NCBI GenBank assembly: GCA_002633005.1
Contig: NMRA01000742.1
Span: 62,001 to 126,000 of the forward strand
From: Phoronis australis
Lineage: Eukaryota; Animalia; Phoronida
Direction: 5' to 3'
Length of the DNA stretch: 64,000 nt
Shown here one piece after another: positions 48,001-60,000 of this stretch. Every line of letters begins with the position of its first letter. Within the stretch, counting starts at the first letter, position 1. The position numbers and the translations under genes are program-made. The notes beneath the pieces are model-generated. The model ran no database searches. It was not told the DNA's origin and saw nothing but the letters and a program-made list of their open reading frames with translations.

Positions 48001-51000
48001 GGAAATACAACTTGTGAGAGAAGAATTGTTTTGCTCACACTAGAAAGCTGTCGAAGAGAACAATTTTGCGGTTCGTGAAAGACCGTTTATTTTGCCTGAA
48101 GGTCATGTTAGTATTCTGCTGAGATAAAAAATCGTTGTTTTGGCCTATTGACCTTTCACAACAACCAACAAGCGTCACTAACGTTTTAGGCGGAAACTGT
48201 GGAGAACGATCACACTCCCAAAAAACAACGCAGTCATCTTACGAACTATTATGTGCTTGTCTTTGTATACTGCTTCCGTCATGCAAATGAGCCATCGTAA
48301 TTCCATTACTTAAGGACGGAACGAGGTTTGGGTGAAATGAACAAAACAGGGTTTAATACTCTTGAAACTCAACCTTTACTTACCAGCGCTTGTTATAACA
48401 TTTTGGCAAAATTCGCCGGTTAGATATGGCGGACAAACACAGACACACTTCCCTTCGCTGGTCTTGAACGTGTACCCCTCGTTTTGACAATCCATCATAC
48501 AGTCAGCTGGAATGGTCACTGAACTATTATCTAACGCAGTTCACTCACTGATACAGTTTTTATAAGGAGCAGATATTAGTTTTACAACAATTTGCTCACT
48601 GCGTCCAGTTACATGCTCGCTGAAAGACCTTAAACCGTTAGGCGAGGTTTGTCTTCAGCTCCGCGTGAAGTCAACCTGATATTATAGTGAGGCTTGCTGC
48701 GGTCTCATCCTTCCTTGGAGTGAAGCATCACCAGCGCAATACAATCACTAGAATTTTTACGACAACTGAGTGTAATTGCAGTAGCCATTGCCGCCATATT
48801 GTTATCAGCATTAGTTTTTATTGTAGTTTAGCTTCTCTCGAGGATTTTTCAATTTCAATTCCAGAAACGCTATAGCCGTCAGCCAATGTCAAAAACCAAC
48901 TGTCTGCAATTTTCCGATTTTGAGAGCTTACCTCTGTTTCGGAACTCCATAAAAGCTGACCAATCAAATCACGCAAAATTTGAAATTTATTCGAATAGTG
49001 TCTCATGATTTTGAACATGAGACTAGAGTAAGTTTTTAGGCCTCGGGTCACTTCATCAGCGTATATTTGGTAACACACAAATGAGAAAGAAATCAAAGCT
49101 TTTGGACACAAAAGGCTGAAACTGATTTGAAAAAAGCCTGAGCCTTGACTTGAGCGTGTATTCTTGACCAATATTGTCTCACCGGCACAGCTGTAGAGCA
49201 CGTTGATTGTCTTGGCATCATAGAAGGTCAAGTCCTTTCTTTGACCAGGCAAAAAAGACAGTGCCTCGTTGCGTACTGTGAACGTTGCCCCAGAACCTGA
49301 CGCAAACGCCTGAAATTATAATATCCAGCTGGAGTGAACAATGATTTTTAAGCAGTGAATTTTCAGCAACAACTGTGAGGTGTAGAGGTGGTAACGAGTA
49401 CGACCGTTCGAAAACATCGGACAGGTGTCTCACTCCTAAGAGGCTTGCTATCTATTGTACTCGGGCTTGTCTACTATCTTTACGATATCTTTTCTCCACT
49501 CGATAAGCCGACAAAAGACAATGTTGCTGACAGTGGTCTTTCACTGACTACACGAACAGTGCACAATTTACGAGAATCGCAGACACGTTCGATCAAAAAG
49601 AAAATATCCGACTTTGCTTATAGCTTCCAGTTCGATAGTTCTTTCCCAGATGTCCATTCAAGCCACTTGAATTCTACAGTACGTCACTGGCAATAGTGCA
49701 CCTGTTAGTGGCGTTCGAATAATACCAAATTTGGTTGCAACAATCGGTGGCAGAACAGGTCGGTTAGGCCTCATGTCAGAGAGATCCTATCAAATTCGTG
49801 CACACAACCACTGAGTTTTAAACAGCAAGGGAGTTATTGTAAATTCTGTGAAACTATGATTGACTGATAGTCTCCTCAAAGTCATTGGCCCACCCTATGA
49901 CCCGCTAATGCATCAAACCAATGCCTTATAAGTTGACCTGCGGGTTGCTACGACTTACCCAGACATCGTAGTGCATAATGCTCCCAAGGTCGTAGGGAAA
50001 CAGATTCTGGGCACCGGAAACCACTTTGTACTCGCTTTGGTATTTTGACTTAATGTTCCCCGGATGGACGGTGATAAAATTATCTCGGTCGTTTCGTGAG
50101 TGTTCATGGATGAAGCCAAGTACATGACAGATTTCATGCAAGATGATACCAGGCTGAAATTGAATTGCCAAATTTAACACGGTCAACATAGCAAAGGACC
50201 AGTTAATTGGACAATTTACTACTTGTTACACAAGCTGGACTTCGCTCCGTAGATGCAAGTAAATCGCGCGTACGCAGCACCTTGCACATTCGCGAAGTTG
50301 TCAAGGATAAGAAGCGAAGCACTAGCTTTGATCGGGAGTGTCGTTTCTCTAAACAAAGGGCGCGTGAATACTGTAAGACGGTGATGAGATAGGAAATGTA
50401 AGAACAATGATCAGTGGGCGTACGCATATGGATAATACAACGGGCGATAAACCTGTTACGGATTTTCGAAATGCACGGGCATTTTTGGAAAGTCTCGTCT
50501 TCAAACCGAGAAGCAACGCGCACTTACTTAAGGTACTCACGGATTAAAGCTCGTGCGATAACGTTCTTCGATTGTGTTACGTAACGACGTTCTGTGAAGG
50601 AAAACAAGCTACCTTGTCGACTGTTTCGACGCAGTTACGACTCACCACAAGTCCGCAATTCATAATTTCACGCGTTTTACAAAAAAGGTCAACAATCTTC
50701 ACCAGCATTCCGTACTGTAACAGTTTGAGTCTGCGCAGTCATTTGGTGATCCAGTGGCGGATCTAGGATGTCGTAGCGGGGTCCGGCCCCCTGCCCCCAA
50801 AATTCGATCACGTAATGAGATGCCTCTAGTCGACGAATTTTCGTGGTGACAATTGCGAGGGAGCTTACCTGTTCTTAAAGAAGAGACGAATGGTCAAGGG
50901 GATGTCTTCTGACCGTTACAAAACAGGCTACCCGAGTTTCATGCCAGTGTAGTTGGAAAGGAAAATAGTGCGCCGGACTCTGTGTCGTATCAGAACCTAT

Positions 51001-54000
51001 TCAAATGCTATCGTTTGTTGTTCGGCGGGTGCCCGGATGTTCCATTCAGTCAGTCTTTTTACTTGTACTCCAGTATAAATAACAAGAAAACTCGTAGTGA
51101 CGATCGGCAACTGGTAGAATGCTACATAAGCAGTTTGTAAGGAAACAAGATACTTACAAGAGCGCACGTCTGAGATTGACTGATGTGAAGCAATCTGATG
51201 GTTTGGGTTGAAGAACCAATCATTCCAATCTCTGTTATACACCTGCGTGTGGAGTATTAGAAACAACATATGTAACGCTGCCAATAAGTGTAAATTATCT
51301 ACGGCCAAACTGGCATACTATAAAGCATAGCTTGAGCCTTCCCGTGGATTTCTGGAGAAGATCTTTCACAGATTTTAATATAAGTCACGTGATGTGACCG
51401 ACAAATGGTGTGCAAGAAGACTAATAATTCTTACCTATACCCTATAAACACGTTGATTTGTAATACGCGGTAATCAATAATAGTAGTAGTCCAAAATAGA
51501 AGAGTGTCTCTCTGAACAAGTAACACATTGCAGACGCACTGAGTTTTATTTTTTGTCTCAAGCTTCAGCCATTGTTTGGTTGAAAATTGTCGAGCGCCTC
51601 CGCCATTGGACACGCGCATCTGAACTTACATGTAGCTTGGCTGACCGCTTGACAACACCAGAGCTTGTTAATTACTTCAGACTTCCGGTCTCAGAAAGTT
51701 TTCTTTTGTTAGTAGGCTACAGTGTATATTGCTTTTATAGAAATAGGCTAAAAGGGTCAAAATATATATAATAGCAGGTGAAGTTAGCCAAATTAACCAA
51801 GGCAATGCTGCGTACGTGTACAACACTGACACTGAGTCCGGCGTTGTGCTCGGGTGGACTGCACATTTGGATTTGTCTGATGGAGTAATGACAATTTGAT
51901 ACGCGCAATGCTGAAACGTGTACAACTAATTGGTGTAGAACCAACTTGAGGTGACCCACAACGGGTCCTTGTAGCGACTCGAGGCGACATCTTTCATTGC
52001 ATTGACTTCAAAGTTTTTCACTTTTCTTACGCATCTCCGCTGATGAATTTAAGTTGATTTCCTTCGTAATTCTGATCCACTGCTTGGAACTTAATACAAG
52101 TCTTGTCCTCAAGCAAACCTATAGCTTCCTTTATTCGTCTTTCAACGTAGGCCTGGTTGGCTGTAAAAGATAATGTAAGTTTGTAATCAGTCTGATGTCA
52201 CAATGCGAATTCATTTAAACACCCACGATAGTTTCTAGGAGCATAGACAGTGTATAATTTGTGCAGCATTACTCTACGTCACTCAGCTGAAGGAGTAGCA
52301 CTGTCGAACAATGACAACTTTGCCTTTTCGTTTGTGAAATTGGCTACAAATCCACCTTCTGTCATACAAAATACAATTGACAGTTCGTTATTTATTGAGG
52401 AAGGGCTCTATAAATTGTGTGTCATTTAATTCACTGACAATGGTTTCGAGGAATTACACCAGCTACCTGTTCATTGCAAGAGCAAAAGCTTCATTTTTCA
52501 TATGAGTAAGGAATACTTAGAGAACAATTCTACACCGGTAAAAGATCTGTACCAACATTAGTTTTCTTCGACAGAACGCGGTGTCATTGCCGCTTTAAGT
52601 GATCTAGCTAGTCATGCACCTGTAGTTACTATCTGTTGACAAACAGTGTACCTGAGTTAGTGTACTTCTAAACAACAAGTAGTTTTGTATTTTCAATTGC
52701 CGTGGGCCTAGATGTTCATGTACATGTAGTTATAGGTTCATACTCACCACCCCAAGCCGCTCCGTCGAACGAGTAAGGGATTATTCCATTGGGCCACACT
52801 CGGCCGTGGGCTTTTCGCTTGCGGCGTCTCTTCTACAATTCAAAATTAACACGCATTAAAATACAGGAAGGTCCAGTCTATTTTCCATTTTATGACGGAG
52901 AAACCAAATTTCCTGCCAACAAGAGCTAGATCCAACATGTCACGTTTGGCGCTTGAGTACAAAATTCTCAAAGGACCGATGTCCGCAATAGCTCTACCTC
53001 TGATGTCCTATTTCTGATTAGGCCAAGTATATGTGATGATTGGTCAGAAAGGCACAAAGAACAGAAAAAAATCTCAATTACTACACGACGTTCACGAAAT
53101 TAAAATGATTTCACTAGTAGACGACGGATCACCTTCAGGAGGCTAGTCGGAGGACAAATCTGCTACAACGGTGCCCTTACCTTTATTGTACCGTTGTTGA
53201 TATCGGATGTACGATACTTCAAATCTGGGAACAAGTGTTCGATCGGTTTTGTCTGGAAGACATAGCATTTGTAAGTGAAAATGTCTGAGAGGAAAATAGA
53301 CAAACGGTGCTGAGTTACTGAGGCCCTATCCACAGGATTTTCAAATTAAAACGCAATTTTGAATTCACAGATACACCACCGCATTCAGCGAAAACATCAC
53401 TCAAAAAGAAAACCTATTGAAAACGCTCCCCAGTGTGGGATCTTTTTAAAAATACCGTTTTCTCGTAGACAACGAGAACAACATTGCAAAAACACCGACT
53501 TCACTTATTACCAACAGCGAAGACGTTACTTTCGGAAAACGCAGATATTACTCATCAAATCAAAGTCAGGTCCATGTGCGGAAAACGTTGATTTGCCTCC
53601 ACAGGGCAAAGTTGTTGAAGACCAACACGTGTTTTGGCTAATTTTCGAATCAGAACAACTTGCTATACCTCACTTCATCAATACTATAGCGCGATGTCCG
53701 TTTAGGACGGCCAGTTTTCTAGCATTGGCAACTTTCTGCAACATACCTGCACTCTCTGACCAGGTGAGTCAATAACCACAAAGCTTAGACGCTCTCTGTC
53801 TTGGTTTCGAATTTCTTCTACCTATGTCAAGAAACATTAAACGTTATCATATATGTATGCAAACATTTCAATTAATCAAGCATTGCACTGGGTGGACACA
53901 GACCTTCTTAAGAAATTGTTTGAACATCGGCGTGTATTCGCCTGGACAGTGTGAACACTGCCTCCAATTGATTTGCAATAAGTAATGGGGTACATCAAGG

Positions 54001-57000
54001 AGATGTGTCGTCACCACTTTGTTTAGTACCTTTCTGGGTGATCTGTCAACTGAACTAAAAACTGCCAATATTGGAAACAAAACAGATAACGAGTTGGAGG
54101 TGAAAGTAGTTTGCTATATGCGGATGACATCACACTGCTGAAGGAAAATGAGGTCGACCTGCAGATTTTGTTGGGAGAAAAGCGTTTCCAGCTCCTAATG
54201 TTTTGGTTAAACAGGCAACTGAATAATAACACAAAGTACATACATCAGGGAGTGCACTTTAAATTATTTTTGAATTTATCTAAATCTAAGATGAGACCTC
54301 AAAGATGCTGTTGCAGTTTTCTAAAGTATCATTTCGCTTTTGTTTTATGCAAATTATTTTTAAAAAGGAAAACATAAAAGGCCTGTTTTTAAGTAAATCT
54401 CACGCAAACACGAAACATTTTACAAGTAATTCTAAAGAAAAGTACATAAAGCATGGTACCTGAAAGTTTTGTATAAATTCAATCACGCGTTTGCTAAGTT
54501 CGCACTTTTTTTCTAAGGTAATACACAACATTAAGCCTTGACGACACACTTGAGTGGCGTTAAAAACAGACATCGACTATTGTCAAGGGTGTCATACACT
54601 AGTGTTACCACAGACTAAATAAAGTTGATGAACTTTTGACAAAGCATCATATATTTGCTTATTTTGCCTTAGAGAGACGGTCAATGAACTTTGTGCTGAC
54701 GCAGTTTTATGGTTGATTAGTTGATTCTTTTCCGTGTTATTACATACAAAGAAGTTGACAGTTTTTTGTTGGACCCTTGGCGATTGATGTTAAGGTGAAA
54801 CGTGTCAAACCCAGTCAACCCACTAGTACAGTATACACTCAGTGCTTTTAATAAATGTGATGGATTTCGTCGCGTTTCGTCTTCGTTCTGTGAAGCACTG
54901 GCGGAATGGAACGCGAACTCCCGCACGTGACCCGTGCATTCTAGTCTCAGAGCTTCCGATCATGAGATTTCACGGGACTAGCGTCGAGAGTTTGCATTGT
55001 GAATTATTTCCGGTTGTCTGCTCAACCTCAGATGTGTATGTTTTATAGAGAAAGTTACGGTGAAAAGTGCGGGCTAAAGTAAATTAATGTTGTATTCTTA
55101 AAATCATTTTAGCAGAGTGTTTTCTCGAGACGTCATTTTTGAAAGCTAACTACTGATGCTGTAGCTTTACACCCAACCGCCAGGTTGGTAGACCTATACT
55201 CGTCAAAAGGAGGACAATTTTCAGTAGGAGAAATGGGACCTACAGAAACATCTTATAGGGTATATTGCCGGGAAGAAGAGGGGATGGGGGTGGGGGTGTA
55301 CATGTACGCTGTTGATACCTGTTTGAACCCCAACCTCCTAAGCTTTTAGTTATTCTTTCTTGTGGAATCCCATGTTACGGCTTCTGGGTAGATAGTACTA
55401 TACCCCCCGCTGTTCACGCTAATGATTTGTGGTCCATACATGTAGCTGGTCATGGAACCCAAATGACTGATAAAATTTGCCAATAATTGAAATCTCTTGA
55501 AGTGGTCCTCGAAAAATATCGCACATTTGGCGAACAAATAATATTTTTAAAGAAATGTATGGGTATCAATGAAAATAACAATTTAGCTCAGCGGAATATG
55601 TGCATTTTTGAAAAAAATGAATGACGACACCTTATAAAGATTTAAAGTCGGATTTAAACACGCTTTTCGGGTGAATTTTAAAATATGTTCAACACTTCTG
55701 TGTTTTCTAAAAAATGAACGGAAGCGTGATTTGAGAGAAACATGTGAGACAAGCACATGGCTAGTGAATGAGGGAAATGTACGTTATTTTAAAAGAAGCA
55801 GTCACGGTGGGGTCCCGGAGAGGTACTGAACTGTGAACCACACAGGAGATGTGTGAGCCTTCTATGGAACGTTTCCATATCCAACGATTTGCTGCAGCAA
55901 TGATCGATAAAGAACAACATTTAAAAATACCTTTCATTTGCATTTTCATTATTTATACTTGTTGGAGGGCTTGAAGTCGTAATTGTGCCCCACTGGGGCT
56001 AATCCAATATGAAAATGCAACGGAAGCGGATATTTTGATGATATAAATGATATATGCGCAAGACTGTCTGACGCTGGATGTCCAACCTTTCCACCTTGGA
56101 GTAAGTCTGACATTTTGGATGACGAAAATCGATTCTCGTGGATGCCATGGTAAGTAATAATGCATGCAAGCCATTACAGTACTTTGATTCCATTGTGTTT
56201 TTATATAGGACAGGAAACGGCGAGTCCAAAACAGAAACTCAACACCATGACATTTCAATTGTTCACAGAATAATATAAACCAAACCAGACCCCAGATCCC
56301 ACTGGGCTGAAACTACTGGCGCCAAAATGCAGACGACATTTCCGATGGAGTTTCTAAAATGTCTCAAGGCTTCGCAGGACATAGCTTTCCTGTATAAGCT
56401 GTTTCGAGATTTTTGAAATCTTTCGAGCCTAAAATTTTCTCTTGAAATTGTCACAGAAACGTTTTTCATTTGTATCTCGAACAGTGTAAAAACTGCTAGT
56501 GAATTCTGCAACAAACTGACTACCTTTGAAATGGAATTGTGACCACATGTGCCGAAAAAATTAAATTTCTCGCGCAAAGGTCATTTAAAAGTCGTGCGAG
56601 TAGCGTGCGCGACATTCGTTGGAGGTTCGCTGAGTAGGGCCTACATGTATTAATTCATTCCAACAGAAACCTGTAGGCAGTTCGAGAATAGCACAGAAAG
56701 CGCTAGAAAGCGTTATATCGGGGCTAAACAAACAGTGCAATCGGGGCTGCTTTCACGGCAACATCAATTGCTTCGCTGGCATATAATGAGAAAAGAAGCA
56801 AACCCCCCTACAATGCTTTTCATCACTGCAGTAAATGGTGCCTAAAAGCACTAAATTGTAATTAAAAAAACGTGGCTTCCATAGGTGGGACGAACAAGTT
56901 TATGTCATAAAAGAATGAAAGTTTCTCGCTAATTTTGGAACTTGAACAAGCAGTTTCACTTCAAAAGTTTTAGACCTTAGTGGAAAACGCTAGAAGATGA

Positions 57001-60000
57001 TCACCACTGACGTCTTTGCAAGAGAAGGCTGAAAAGTTGTATTATTGTGATCCGAATTCACCATTCCCTCGTCGTAAAGGAACATTTCTCTTCTCAAGTG
57101 TCTAACGCTACGGAACCTGCCAGAAATTCAAAATGAACGCGCTATGAGGAGCGACTCTTTGCAAGGACATGAACGACTTTTATACCGACCCCCATGACAC
57201 TGACGTCAAACCAACAAAAGTGCAGTGAAGAATCAGTCAATAAAAGAGCAGTCATCAAATCAGAAAATATCGAATAACTTGAGACCGATAAGTCGTAGCG
57301 AGAAACCGATTTACAAGAAAGGTATTTTTAACGTTTATTTATATTCCAAATATCTGAAGATTACCTCAAACGGTCACGAAGCTAAAATTCCGCAAACGAT
57401 TATTCCAAAAAGCTATCACAACGCCATTTTGTGTTCGATTTCGCTCCGAAAAGAGAAACTTTTTGTAAACTTTTTTCAGCATTTTGCAAGATCTGTAATT
57501 TACGTAATGCTATGAAATTTCAGACATATTAGTCAAAGGAGGCAAGAACTACGTCACTAGACGCCAAAAAATAATACTACAGTGTCGCAAATCTCAAACA
57601 ACTCAAAATGGTCCTAGCGAGAAAAGGATTACACATTCTCGATAGCGCTTGACAAGACCTCGACACATGCAATTTTTCATAAAAAGTCGTCAAAAGACCG
57701 CCGATTTAGATTTCCGCAAAGGTTGACTTCGTGAACTGCCCCCACAGCGCCACCTTTGGTCCGATTTAGAAGAAATCATCAGACCCCGAGTATATACGTT
57801 GTGTGTGAATGTCATGTCAGTCGGTAACTCAACCGTTATCCGGCAACTGAACGGCAAGCCGCGGCAAGTATAAAATGACACACGTAGATTTGAACACAAC
57901 GAAAATGTAAGCTCCAAGGTAACGATACGACACGTGTCAATCAAGCAAAAATACGTTTGGATTACTCTGACACATGCAATGGATAATGCTATTTTTACAA
58001 CTACCCGGCATACCAGAAAAACTCGGATTTATACAGAGGTATCGAACTTGTCATAAATTTCGTAAATAACTCAAAAACAAAACATTGAATAAAAAACTGA
58101 AAACATATTATGAAAGCTCATCTCAATATCTAAAATTTCACATCTTTAATAAAAAAGATTCAAATATCTTGAAAACTAGAAGTTTTAAGTAAAAATCGCT
58201 ACAATTCATCTAGTAGAGTATTTCATAGAGAATTCATCGACCAGTTTTTGTGATGTTTGTTCAAACAGTTTATGAGACACCTCCTCGTCAAAACCAAAAT
58301 GCCAAATGGCTTCCAGAGGTGCCTTCTTGAATGTAATTTCACGTGAAAATCAACAAATGTGCACAAGCACAATCATCAGGGAAAAAATATTCCCAAACTA
58401 TTGCATACATATTCCGACATCTGTCGGAGAAAATAACTGAAGGCCTCTTGATAAGAAGGTTCCAATATTCGCTATCTTGGAAACGGTGAGAGATTGAAAC
58501 TTCGCATATCAATAGCAAGTGTGTTGTTTTATATAAGTGACAAGTTTGAGTGCAGTGTGAGAAGCGTTCACGTGCGATTTTGGTAGCAAAATGACCGTCA
58601 CGTCTGCCATCTTGAATCTGATCACGACAAAAAGCCAAGAAGCCTGTTTTATGTAAATTCCCTGTTGATTGGACGAAGAAATGACCTGTAGCGTATGAAC
58701 AAGAAAAAAATCATGATAAAGCAACAGACTTGGCTCTCCCGAAATAATAAAATCTGAGTATTTTCAAAGATATCATGTTGAAAGAGTATAATTTGAGCAT
58801 GACGATTGACAAAATTAGTTTCTGTTCGAACATATAATGTTTTCAGAAGCCCGAAGCGGAAGTGTTACTTTAATGTTCCTCGCAATGGGCTTGAAGATCC
58901 CCTTTCTCATTTGCCTGTGTGATATACTTGTCATAAGGTACAAGTTTAATGACCTTCACACCGTAACAGTCTACATACGCATAAAAGTTGTATACGTACA
59001 TTTTTATACTCCAAAAGTAATCAGTGGATCGAATAATTGCGCACCAATGCCTAAAAATTGCTACAAGATCGTATTTCGAGAGTGAAAAATGCCATCGAGT
59101 CTAATATTGTGGTTATCTTAACGAACCACTGAATGTTAGGTCAACGAGGGTAAGATTTCAGTTACATATAGGTTGTCTTATATTATATCATATCAAAGTC
59201 GAGGTTTCAAATTTGTGAGTGAGCTTGTGGTTCTTACCAACCACCGTGTCGTCAAAATCGCCAACAGAAACCACTCTTGTTCCTATTAATAGTAGGAAGG
59301 GGCAGAACACATGTGCGTCCTACAAATTTATCAATTATCCAGAGTCAAAACGACTTGGATTGTAATTTTTTAGATAATTTGTTTTCTGTCGTTTTGGCAA
59401 ATGTTGAGACCCTTTCCAACAAAAGCCTCCCTTCCGCACGCATGCGCAGTGTCTTCGAAATCTGGACAGACATAGCGAGTTCGAAAACAGTGATGTAATT
59501 TGATAAGAGTTGCAGTTCACAGACAAATCAAACATTGCATTCAGCGCCACTAGCAGTTCCGTGGACCCCTTACACTAGACTGTTTAATTAATGTTTGTTC
59601 AATCCACTGGTAAAACGCAGTTCACGAGAAATTTTCTGCGGGTTTAGTCACAACGTTAATAAATATCAGGTTGAATAAAAAGGTCATGCAGTAATGAAAT
59701 TTTAAGACACGTCATATTGCGTTTACAGGTAATCGTTAACCTTCGTATAGTCCTCTCAAGAATCGTCAAATAATTTTTAACTGGCTATTGTCTACCCATA
59801 AACACATATACTGGCTGAAACATCGATGTCGTGTTGCTTTGATTATGAATTTAAATCGACAGAAATGACTCTTGTTAGTTACGGAAACCACGCGATTAAT
59901 TTTATTCTCAAGTTTGTCACTTGTCACGAATTCATTAAAAAAAGAACAAATCGCAAACTCGAAGGACATATTATGAAAACTAACACTCACAATCATATCT

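Noticed and set aside
53661-53720. TGRPKRTSRYSIDE as the furin-site exon
   Set aside because: Poor acceptor; the true polybasic site and WPNGIIPY are in exon 52748-52832.
55460-58800. Large DNA transposon with transposase
   Set aside because: Looks repeat-derived but I found no paired TIR/TSD or recognisable catalytic motif.
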